Assembly: GCA_977017645.1 (NCBI GenBank)
Contig: OZ360230.1
Span: 61,194,001 to 61,258,000 of the forward strand
Direction: 5' to 3'
Length of the DNA stretch: 64,000 bases
DNA from: Torpedo marmorata
Lineage: Eukaryota
Shown here: piece after piece, positions 1 to 12,200 of the stretch
How the letters are laid out: each line of letters begins with the position of its first letter
Position numbering within the stretch: position 1 is the first letter of the stretch
Notes under the pieces: generated by a model
What the model was told of the DNA's origin: nothing
The model's input: only the letters and a program-made list of their open reading frames with translations
The model's database searches: none
Made by a program: the position numbers and the translations under genes

Positions 1-2004
1 TCTATCAGGCCAGCCAATCAGTTGCATCCAGTCTAAGGGCAGGCCATTCAATTGAACTTATTATACTATATGTGATACATTTATGATTTTTTTCTTTTTA
101 AAATATTTTTATTGAGTTTAATACATAAATCTTACATACAAATTCTTTATTACAATACATAACGTGTAATTTCATATGCATATAATTAGAGAATAAGTAG
201 AACTACCTTAACAGTTCTTTGTTCTAGATAAAAAGCGGTTTTATCCAAATTATGACATTTCTGATTTTTTTCAATCAGATTTGCCACTAAAGCACTGTCA
301 TTGAATGAAATGTAGCTGGACTAGCTACATAGGCAAGTGCTTTGAGATGTCACGGTGATCAAACGCTACACAGCTAGGGCAAATCAGAAACCATGGCTAG
401 ACGCAGAGGTTCATGAATTGCTCAGAGTTTGTGATGTTACTTTCAGGTTCGGTGACAAGATGGCATTCAGATCAGCAAGGGCTAAACACTCACGTGCAAT
501 CAGGAAGGCAAAACAGGGGTACGCACAGAGAATCCACAGACACCTATGTGACACTGGCAACATGAGGGGCAAGTGGCAGGGTATTCAAACCATAACTGAC
601 TGCAATTCAACTCTACAGGTCAGTGACAATGATGTCTCCTTTCCTGACGGGTTGAATACCACTACGGATGGTTCAATGAGGAAAGCAAGATGACATCAAA
701 CAAAGCCTCATCTCCACCTGAAGAACAGGCACCCTGCATAACCATGGAGGAGGCGAGGAGGATTCTATCCAGGGCGAACTCATACAAAGCAGCGGGACCA
801 GACAGCATAACTGGTCGGGTGCTGAAGGACTGTGCGGCCCAGCTGACAGAGGTCCTAACAGACATCTTCAACATCTCACTGCAGCAGTCCACTCTTTCCA
901 CTGGATTCAAGGCAGCCACCATCATCCCACTGCCCAAGAGAGTGATGGTAACTGGTCTAAATGACTACCGCCCAGTGGCACTGACCTCTATGATCATTAT
1001 GAGTGACTGGTAACGGAACGCAGCAAACTGCACCTTCCCGTGACATTGGACCCGTTCCAGTTTGCCTACCATACAAGCTGGTCCACTGCTATAGCCTTGA
1101 CCCTCCACTCCGTCCTGACCCACCTTGAGAATGATACTGTTGTTCATTGACTTCAGCTCAGCATTCAACACGATCACACCTCAGAGGCTGGTGGATAAAC
1201 TGTCTTTGTTGGGACTCGGCACCCCTCTCTGCAATTGGATTCTAAACTTCTTGACCGAAAGACTAGTCAGTCCGGGTTGGTAGCAAAACCTCCAGCCCCA
1301 TCACACTGAGCACTAGAGCACCTCAAGCCTGTATGCTCAGCCCGCTACTGTTCATGCTGCTGACTCATGACTGCATTGCCAGATTCAGTTCAAACAGAAT
1401 CAGCAAGTTTGCAAATGATACAACATCATCGTCATCAGCAACAATGATGAGTCGGTTTACAGGGAGAAGGTTGGACAAAATGGTGCAAATCTCGATGTGA
1501 ACAAGACAAAGGTAATGATTGTGGATTTCAGGAGGACGAAGATCGACCATTCTCCATTACACATCAATGGTTCTGAGTGGAGAGAGTTCCTTAGTCTGCA
1601 TATAAAGAACTATCTATCCTGGACCCACAACACCTCTTTATTAGTCAGGAAAGCATAGCAGTGCCTACACTTCCAAAGGAGGTTGTGGAGGGCAAGGCTA
1701 CCTGCCCCATCTTGACAACTTTTTACAGGAGCACAATTGAGAGTGTCCTGTCTGGCTGCATCATTGTGTGGGACGATAGCTGCAAAGCACCGGACTGGAA
1801 GTCAATTCAGAGGATCATCAAAACAGCAGAGTAGATCATTGGGGTCTCCCTTTCCTCTATTGATGACATTTGCCAGGAGTGTTGCTTAAATAGGGCTCAA
1901 AGAATTATAGAAGACCCTTTCCATCCAACATAGTATCTTTGACCCACTACCATCAAGAAGGACATACAGGATGATCAAAATCGTAAGTGCTAGGCTGGGA
2001 AGTA

Positions 2005-5000
2005 CCGTAAAACCCCTGGTATCCGACACCTAGAGATTGGTAGATGCCAGAAAAGCGAGTTTTCCGGTTGCTTGACACTAACTCTTACAATGCCTAACTA
2101 ATATACCAGCATTAAGAATAAACAGTTTAAAAGACAAAAGGCAGTGCAAAATATAAAGTAATTTGAAAAAAAATCAGTATTGTAGTCCTTAATTATGTAA
2201 AGTTCACTTAAATCAGGTAATTCCTGTGACATACAAAATTTAAATTTGAACCCTGGTCGCTGGCGCTGTAACTGCATTGTGCTAACTGCTGCGCAAACTG
2301 TGGCACCATCATAATTAACCCTCCCTCCCCCAAGTTTACTGAGGCAATATCGACGTTGAAAAGTGGTAAATCTCCGGGTGACGATGGGTTTCCAGTAGAA
2401 TTTTATAAAGAATTTAAAGACTTATTGATACCTTTATATATGGAGGTATTGAATCAAGTTACTGAAACTCATTTATTACCGAAGACATTTTTAAACGCTA
2501 TTATTACAGTTATACCAAAGAAAGATAGAGATGTGTTGAAAACTGAGTCTTATAGACCTATTTCATTGTTAAATGTAGATTATAAAATAATGGCAAAAAT
2601 TTTAGCAAATAGATTAGCTAAATATTTACCAAACTTGATACATTCAGATCAAGCTGGATTTATTAAGAATAGATATTCGAAAGATAATATAGCTAGACTG
2701 ATAAGTTTGATTAATTTACATAAGAAGAAACAAGATTTACCATTGGTGGTAACATTGGATGCAGAGAAGGCTTTTGATAGGTTAGAGTGGAACTTTTTAT
2801 TTAAGGTTTCAGAAAAATTTGGTTTTGGAAATATTTTTATAAATTGGATTAAAACTATATACAAAGAGCCTAAGCTAAAGTAGTTACAAATGGACAAGTA
2901 TCGTCAAAATTTTTATTATCACGATCAACAAGACAGGGATGTCCCCTGTCACCTGCTTTATTTGTTTTGGCAATAGAACCTTTAGCTGAATTGATTAGAG
3001 AAGATATAAATATAATGGGTATAAAAGTTGGTAGGGAAGAACATAAGATTAGCTTGTTTGCAGATGATGTATTAATATATATGACAAAATCTGTTACATC
3101 ACTTCAGCAATTGGCTATTATATTGATAGAATATGGTGAGATATCTGGATATAAAATTAATTCAGATAAAAGTGAGATTCTGGCTTTATCTCAAGGTGAT
3201 TATGCTAGATGTAGAGAGGTTACGGAGTTTAAATGGGCTAAAGAAAGTATTAAATATCTGGGAGTTAAAGTGGATACAAAGTTGGAAAATTTGTATAAAT
3301 TAAACTATATACCTTTATTCATGAAAATAAAAAAAGATTTAGAACTTTGGAAAGACTTACCTATAACTTTGATGGGAAGAGTAAATTGTATTAAAATGAA
3401 TGTTTTTCCAAGAATTCAATATCTCTTTCAATCGATTCCTTTTGGAATCCCAAATAAATTTTTTAAGGATTTAAAATTTGTTATTAGGAAATTTTTATGG
3501 AAAGGAAAGTTGGCAAGAGTAAGTATAGATAAATTAACATGGAATTATGAGATGGGAGGACTGCAACTTCCTAATTTTCAGTATTATTATAAAGCAGCTC
3601 AATTAAAATTTATTAATGAATTTTTTGATTCAACTAAATCTTCTGCTTGGATTAATATAGAATTGAATAATGTAGGAGAAATACATAAAGAAGAGATTAT
3701 TTATAAGTGGAACTCTAAATTATTATTAGCTAAAAAGAAAAATTCACCAATTATTAAACATTTGTTGGAAATTTGGTCACAGGTAGATAAAGAAATAGGT
3801 CGGAAAGGATCAATTTCTTTAAATACACCAATATACCAAAATTTGCTTATACCATTCTCTATTGATAATCAGTTACTTAAATTATGGTTTCAAAAGGGAA
3901 TTAAGACCTTGAAAGATTGTTTTGAAGCTGGTAGATTTGTTACTTTTCAAAGGTTAAAAGAAAAATTTAATATACTAGATAATACAATGTTAGTTTATTT
4001 TCAAGTTAAAGCCTTTTTGACTGAGATATTAGGGAATGAATTAGTAGCACCAAGACAAAATGAATTGGAATTGTTAATTACTAAAGTTAATATTTTAATA
4101 AGTATATATCACAAATGTATAAACTATTTCAGAGAAAGATGTCTAAAGTAGGGTTACATAAATCTAGATTAAAATGGGAACTAGACTTAAATGTTAATAT
4201 AGATGAAAATCATTGGAAAGACTTATGTAAATTAAGTATGACTAAAGTTATTAATGTTAGATATAGACTAGTACAATATAATTTCTTTCATCAATTATAT
4301 TTAACACCTAAAAAATTGAAGAAATTTAATCCAGCATTATCCGATATGTGTTTTAGATGTAAGACTGAAATAGGCTCTTTTGTTCACTGTACATGGTTAT
4401 GTTCAAAAATTCAAGACTTTTGGTTGAAAGTTAAGAATTTTTTAGAGAGAATTTTTAATGTTGTGTTTACGATGGATCCTATGTTATTTTTATTTGGAGA
4501 TATTAGAAAATTTAGTATTAGAAATAGATTAAATATGTACCAAGTAGAATTTCTACGTATAGTATTAGCAGTTTCAAAAAAGTGTATAGCTATTACTTGG
4601 AAGTCAGATGTAGATTTAAATTTAGAAAGATGGCATGCAGAATTACGTTCATGTATACCATTAGAAAAAATTACCTATAATTTGCGTAACAAATATCATT
4701 TTTTCTTGAAAATTTGGGGCCCATATATGAGAATTATGGGTTTAACAATTTAAACTCTCTGGATATCGGATCCACTGGCGAAAATAACCTCTATGGTAGA
4801 ATTAGTTTGAAGCTTGTTTTCTCCTCACTCTATTTTTCTATCTTTCTTTTTTCTTTTTCTCTTTTACTATTTTTTTTTAATTTTTTTTTTTAGAGTAGTG
4901 GGGATATAGGGGTTAGGGAGGGGAGGGTGGGAAGGGGGGGAGAAAATGTATTTTCACATGTATTTTCAAATATATGCATTTTATTTTATGTATTTTGTGA

Positions 5001-5421
5001 TTTGAAAATTTAAATAAAATATTTTTAAAAAAAGATAAAGCCTTATTAATATACTTAATAAACATAAAGACTCTTACTAAGCAGGGATAAGGAGACACTT
5101 TAAGAGAGACACCTCAACAGTGAGCAGCATCAACCAGCTCTTCATCCTGGGCAATGGAATTTTATTCAAACACAACTGTATTCAAACTTAATTCAAACAG
5201 CTGCTACGAGCAAAGCACGACCAAGGCACTCCGCTGGCTGAATATTTGCTCCCATCTTCACCAAAGGTTTATGTGTTACTTCAGAGAATGTTTACTTTTA
5301 CAATTTTAAAACTTTTATTTTAATTTTTTATTTATTCTTATTCATTTAAATTTTTTATTTATTTATTTTCCTCAATTTTTTTTGCCAGTTGCTTGAATTC
5401 TAGTTTACAGGGGTTTTACTG
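2005..5421. mobile_element. Tigger/pogo-like non-autonomous DNA transposon (TA TSD) carrying nested insertions
   Basis: ta|ccgtaaaacccct ... aggggttttactg|ta terminal inverted repeats. Confidence 0.75.
2331..5035 (+). mobile_element. 5'-truncated L1-clade LINE (ORF2 RT and C-terminal CCHC; two frameshifts)
   Basis: ORFs 2356-2883, 2967-4151 and 4115-4753: KSPGDDG, YRPISLLNVDYKI, LDAEKAFD, FADD, CFRC...H..W.C. T-rich and G-rich 3'UTR, AATAAA, A tail. Confidence 0.9.
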
Positions 5422-5954
5422 TAGCTACTTCCTGCAGGCTGTGAGATTGGTGAACAGTATCTGTAATCCGAGTAAATCATCCCAAAATGTTTATTTTTAT
5501 ACTTACCTTAAATTATATCTTCATGTACAGTATATATATGATTATTATGTACTATGTATTGTGTTTATATGTGTGTGCACTGTGGTCTGGAGAAATGCTG
5601 TTTCATCAGGTTGTTTATGTAAAGTCAGATGATAATAAACTTGAACTTGAGCCTTTGTGGAAATAAATAAGACAAGTAGAGAGTGCTTTTCACATTGTTG
5701 TATGTATACGTATACCTGGTAATACTATAAATCAGCAAAAGTTCCGTTCTACACTAATACATCACCAAAAGCTTCTCCAAGAGTAAATAATGTTCTGTGT
5801 TCCAGCAAAAGAAGGCTCTGCATGGCGCAGATCCTCAAACAATGTAACTACTAAATGTTCACAATAAATTTAGAAAACACTGACAATTAAAGAGCTGAGG
5901 CAAGTACTGTATTAGCTTTGAACAAATGAAAAAAATCTGAATAACGGTACATAC

Positions 5955-6202
5955 CAGGACTTTATGGCCTTTCATGATTGAAATAGTGTTGTTATGTACA
6001 GACACATGTACAGAATTCACCCAGGACACTTTAGTGTTGGTACCTCTGTGCTCATTTGTTGCTGACACATCAAAGTAAGGAAGGCCTGAAGCTTCACTGC
6101 ACAGCTTAGAGAGGAGGTATGTGCAAGTTCCCATGAAGTGATGAACACGTGAGTCAAAAGTATTATAATGAGGATCTCCTGAAGCACTGCATGTGGCACG
6201 AC
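5955..6202 (-). CDS. Exon after the array: N-terminal half of a divergent 16th VWD domain
   Basis: tctgtag|GT...CTG|gtatgt. Translates (G)RATCSASGDPHYNTFDSRVHHFMGTCTYLLSKLCSEASGLPYFDVSATNEHRG...GHKVL. Phase 1 to 0, like exon 1 of each unit. Confidence 0.9.
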
Positions 6203-9200
6203 CTACAGAGAAAAAATAATGAATGAAGTACTGTCATCTACCAACTCATTTCAGTATTTGATAACCTCCATCACTTTATCTTGGTACATGTGACAATAAA
6301 CTTGAACTAGACCAAGGCATCGGTGAAAAGAGAAACAGTGAAAATTTCAGGTCTGGGACTCTCCAACTGAACAATTCTGATGAAGTGTCCTGGATGTGAA
6401 ATGTGAAAATATTTCTCTTCCCACAAATGCTGACTGACTTGCTGAGTTTTTCCAGCATTTTCTGTCTTATTTTCAGATTTCCAGAACCTGTCCTTTTTTT
6501 ATTTTCACCTGGCATGCTTCCTTACTTAAAATCAACTTTCTCTGACAAAAGATACACAGTAGAAAATGAAAATTATTCATTCCAAAGTGGTCTCTGGAAT
6601 ATTCTTTTTTCCCTGATAATTTTATGCCTTCTTTCTCTCCTAAAGACGTTGATTCTAGTTAAAGGATGCTGTCTGGCACTGGTAATGTATAGGTATTTTC
6701 CTTAAATGGTCATGTGGTTTTGTTTTGCACAATGGTAAATATCAGCTGTTAATTCAACTACAGCTGAGCGTGGTGTTGGTTAACAATGGGTTCAGGAGTG
6801 AAACCCCAGGAAGGTTTCTCTTCTTTTACTGCTTATGACAACAGTCTTTTTAACAGCCTGAAAATATAATATCTATAACTAATTTTTCATCCTAACTGCC
6901 TCCAAAGTGATGTTCCCAAGTTACAGCTTTAATCAGACAAACCATAGAGGAAAGCATAGGCTATTGAAATAAAGATTCTTCACATGCATAAAATAGATCT
7001 TTCAAATATAATGTATTGTAGCGCGTCGCTACGGCTATAGCTCTGCGCGTCGAGTTGGTCGTCGCTCTAGTTCTGGAGCTCAAGAGAGAGATGCACACCC
7101 TCTGAGCGTCAAGACAGAACTGCCTATTCTGCCGTCGGCTCTGCCTTTTATAGGCGGGCCGAGCCTGACTGCTGCGTCACTGATGGGGCGTGGCCCAAGG
7201 CGCGACGCCCAGGATTGGTCGGGCCACGATCCATCCTTAGGGATTGGCTCGTTCCCTCCTTGCCATTGTGGCCTATGGGAACGGGCTGTCCGAATCACGT
7301 GCCGCCTGCGCGATCGCCGTGTTCGAACAGAGCTCCCTGTGTCGGCCTGCGGAGTAGGTCGCGGGCCGCTACAGTATCATGAATACATTTATGAATGACT
7401 GTTCCCGGAAACTTATTAGGCAGTAATATTTCCTTTGGCAGTAGTTTTTTTTTAATGTATCTCTTAGCTTTGCACCTTTTACAGTTAAACCTGGTTATCA
7501 ATGTGGAATTTTGTGCAATTGCTATTCAGTATCAAGACATAACTAACATTCAAAAAAATAAAGGGCCATAAATAGGAACTAGCGAGAGTAAATTGGAAAC
7601 AGATGTTCAAGAGTGAAAGCACAGAACTAATGTGGAGGAAGTTTAGGGACCACTTGTGCTGGGTTCAGGAGAGGTTTATCCCACTGGGACAGGGAAAATA
7701 TGGTAAGAAAAGGGAACCTTTGTTGATGAAATAGGGGAGACAGCCAGTCAAGAGGAAGAAGGAAACATACATTAGATATAAGAGGCAGGAAATAGGAAGA
7801 GCTCATGAGAAGTATATGTTAGCCAGGAAGGAGCCTAAGAAAGGACTTAGGAGAGCTCGAAGGGGGCATGAGAAGGCCTTGGCAAGTAGAATTAAGGAGA
7901 ATCCCATGGCGTTCTATACGTATGTGAAGAACAGAAGGATGACGAGAATGAAGGTGGGACTGCTTAAGGATAAAGGAGGCAACATGTGCCTGGAGGCGGA
8001 GGAGGTTGGGTATTCACAAGAGAAACGCACCTTGATCAGGGTGAGGTTGGAATAGAACAGGTTTCTGTGCTGGACGATGTTGAGATTTAAGGAAGATGGA
8101 GTGTTGGATCTTCTTGAAAACATTAAGATTGATAAGTCCCTGGGGCCGGGCGTGATATACCCCAGGTTGCTGTGGGAAATTAGGGAAGAGATAGCTGGGG
8201 GAGTGGCTATGATCTTTCAGTCCTCTTTGGCCACAGGGGAGGTGTCGGAGGATTGGAGAATGGCAAATGTAGTCCCCTTGTTTAAAAAAGGTAATAGAGA
8301 AAATCCTGGGAATTATAGACCGGTGAGTCTTACGTCAGTGGTGTGCAAACTATTGGAGAGGATCTTAAAGATAGGATCTATGAGTATTTGGAGAAGTACA
8401 GTCAACTTAAGGATAGTCAGCATGGCTTAGTGAAGAGAAGGTCGTGCCTCACAAGCCTAATTGAGTTTTTTGAGGAGGTAACAAAAGAAATTGATGAGAG
8501 TAGGGTGGTAGATGTGGTCTATATGGATTTTAGTAAGGCATTTCACAAGGTTTCCCATGAGAGACTCATTCAGAAAGTCATGGAGCATGGGATCCATGGA
8601 ACATTGGCTATGTGGATAAAAAAATTGGCTTGAATGTAGAAAGCAGAGAGTAGTAGTGGAAGGAAAGTATTCTGCCTGGAGGTCAGTAACTCGTGGAGTT
8701 CCGCAAGGATCTGTTCTGGGACCCCTGCTCTTTGTGATTTTTATAAATGACCTAGATGAAGAGGCGGAAGGATGGGTCAGTAAGTTTGCAGATGATACGA
8801 AGGTTGTAGGAGTTGTGGATGGTGCTGAAGGTTGTCATAGGTTACAAAAGGATGTAGTCAGGATGTAGAGTTGGGTGGAAAAGTAGCAGATGGAGTTCAA
8901 TCTGGATAAGTGTGAGGTGATGCATTTTGGAAAGACAAACCAGAAGGCTGAGTACAGGGTTAATTGTCAGTTACTTAAGAATGTGGATGAACAGAGGGAC
9001 CTTGGGGTCCAAATTCATACATTCCTCAAGGTCGCCGCGCAGGTTGATAGGATATTTAAGAAGGCCTATTGGATGTTGGGCTTCATGAATAGGGGGATTG
9101 AATTCAAGAGTCAAGAAGTCATGTTGCAACTCTACAAATCTCTGATGAGACCACACTTAGAGTATTGTGTTCAGTTCTGGTCACGTCATTATAGGAAGGA

Positions 9201-12200
9201 TGTGGAAGCTCTGGAGAGGATGCAGAGGAGATTTACCAGAATGTTGCCTGGATTAGAAAATAAGTCTTATGAGGCAAGGTTAGCAGAGCTGGGACATTTT
9301 CTCTTTGGAGCGTAGAAGGATGAGAGGAGACTTAATAGAGGTCTACAAGATTATGAGAAACATAGATAGGGTGGACAGCCAGCGCCTTTTTCCCAGGGCA
9401 GGAATAGCAAACACCAGAGGACACATGTACAAGGTGAAGGGAATGAAGTTTAGGGGAGACATCAGCGGTAGGTTTTTTTTACACAGAGAGTTGTGGGTGC
9501 CTGGAATGCCTTGCCAGGGATGGTGGTGGAGGCTGAAAAATTAGGGGCATATAAGAGACTCTTGGACAGGCACATGGATGGAAGAAAAATACAGGGTTAC
9601 GGGGTAGGGAGGGTTCAGTACTTTTTTAAAGGAATATATGGATAGGTACAACATCGAGGGCTGAATGGCCTGTACTGTACTGTAGGGTTCTACGTTCTAA
9701 GGAATAGCGATCATCGGCATTAAATACAATGGTGGTGTCAATATTGTCTACGTTTAAGAAACACTGCCAAAGGAGATACCATATATGTTAGACCAACCTC
9801 CATGAATTTCTGCCATTCTTAAGACTCCAATGTAAAAGAGCAACATGAAAGCCGCACATCACCTTCACATTGCATTCCTTTACCTGTATGCTCAGGCATC
9901 ATGGTACTGGCTGTCGTTGAGATGCTCGTGGTGGTTGTTATACCACACCCCTCTGCAGGAAAAAGAAGGAAAAGGATCAGAAGATCTTAACTTTTCAAAG
10001 ATCAATATGTGGTCACGCTTCCAGCCTTTCGAAGCATGGAAAAACAAAAGAACCGCGGTATTATGGGAGAAATGCCGATCTTAGGCACTAAATACAATAA
10101 TGGCGTCAGTATTGATTACATTTAAAAAATACTGCCAAAGGAGGTACCATACATGTCAGACCAACCTTCACAACATCCTACGTGGAAGGAAATGTCATCC
10201 ACAGCCACATCACTCCGATAGTCATTACCCCGGACTGCTTCAAGAAGGATCTGTCCAAAAAGTATCACAATATCAGAAGGAAACAATGGCAATAGCATCA
10301 TTCGAGCACCCTGCTCTCAAGAGAAAATAGAAAAACAGAGGCACATAACAGGTTATAAACCTTAACAAAATTTGTCCAGGGGAAAGATATTGTAATGATG
10401 TTCAAAAGTTAATTGCTAATTGTTCAAGGTCTGCTCGCACAAGGCAATGAAATGTATGAAAGAATGCAACATAGAGACTGGTGAGAGGCCTTGGTCATGT
10501 CACTTCAAAGAGCTATAAGATTCCAAACACAAGGTCAAAAAGTTGAATGAAAAGGCATGCAGCATTCTGTCCGTTATTGGCTGCCAGTTATATGAGCAGC
10601 AAGGTGATGCGTGAACTGTCAGCAACACCAGTAAGAACACTGCTCGTATACTCTGCACAGTTCTCATCACATCACACCAAAGATATGATTGCACTGGAGA
10701 ATGTGTAAGGAACATTGAGAAAGGCATTGCCAGGACAGGAAAGTTGTGGTTATGAGGAAAACATAAACAAACTAGGACTGTTTGCAGCAGAGGAGGGTGA
10801 GGGTAGCTAATTGAGATCTATCAATATGTTAAGACAATGCACAGGACAAAGAAAAGGACCTCCTCAGTGCAAGAGCCATAAGTTTAATGTAACTGGCTAA
10901 AAGATGAGAGGCGATATGAAAAAAACATTTCTCCCAGAGGATGGCACAAAACGGGAACTCGACTACTGCAAGGAGAATAGACATTGCTGCAAATACACTC
11001 TGCCACAAATAAAAATAACTCCACGTCTTCGGTCCCATAAAGGCATTGAAAGGAGGAGATCCAGTGTGTACTTTACGTGATTAAGTTGATATACCTAATC
11101 GAATCGCCAAGACAAAGACTCCAAATGAGGATATACGATTAATCAACAGGAGCAGGGAGAGGAAGAACAGAAAACATTCCCTGTCAATGGAATGCTGGTG
11201 CTGCAATGAAGCCTTGAAAAGGCGTGATTGGATGTCAGTGCCAGTCAGCGTGGACATTCATTCAGCTCCAAGGAGAATAGCAGAAGAAACCTTCAGCACA
11301 TTGAAACAGTACTAACAGAGTTGTGACTTTCAGGAACTTCCAGAGTTTGGTTGGTCATTTCCAATCACCAGAAGACACAATGTGCCTAAAGGCCTCCACC
11401 ATTTCTTCTCCAAGATTTCTATAAAAGGGATCTCTTGAATATTATTCATGAAGTTTACCTGAGAATGTCCAGAGAGGTAAAGGTCTACTTCTCCTGCAAT
11501 CCATCTGTTTCCCTGATTTCCTGACTCAGACCACTTTAGGACTGCTGCCCCTTGATCAACCTGGTAAACGTTCAGCGCCATGTTTTGAGCTACTCCATAC
11601 ATGTGGTACCAGAATCGCATGCACTGAGCTCCTCTCTTTACACATGGAGCGCTGACCAACTGAGCTCGATCTCCTGGTTTGCCATCATTGCCTTCAAGGT
11701 AAATGTAGTAGCCACCTGCGCACACAAGAAGCTTTATTGCTTACAAAGAAATCAGCTGCACAGTGGCGAGATACAAATCTCACATCACCTACCCGCAGTG
11801 GTGTGGTCAAACGCTGGTCCTGTATTAAACGATGGCGTCGACCCACTGATGCGTTTCCAGTCCAAAGTATCGGTCTTGGATTGGTTCCAACGGCACAGGT
11901 CACTATCAAAGTTACAATCCAATGCACAACCTGTGGGTTTCGTCAAGACAGGTCAGTTGTGTGAATACACCCAGCCACAGGTAGAAATAACTCCAACATG
12001 TCACTTGCACTCTTCAAACAAACTCACATGCAACTCAGGGATACCTACAGGCTTGCGATTTGAAGGGAAACCCTGCTTTACTGATTTCCCGCATTTCAAC
12101 ATTGATGACATGCAGAAATAAAACAGAGGAAAGGAGTAAGATATCAAACTTACTTTTCTCAAAACAGCCACTCTGCTGCCTCCAGTCTCCGAGCACAACA

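Larger units (their letters stand above)
310..5650 (+). mobile_element. Degenerate Rex1/Babar-clade LINE, split by an insertion at 2005-5421
   Basis: NQKPW..., KAAGPD.I.GRVLKDCA.QL..V.TDIFN.SL...LNDYRPVALT. The C-terminus ARLGS|SYFLQAVRLVN rejoins across the insertion. Tail aataaacttgaacttga at ~5634-5650. Confidence 0.8.
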
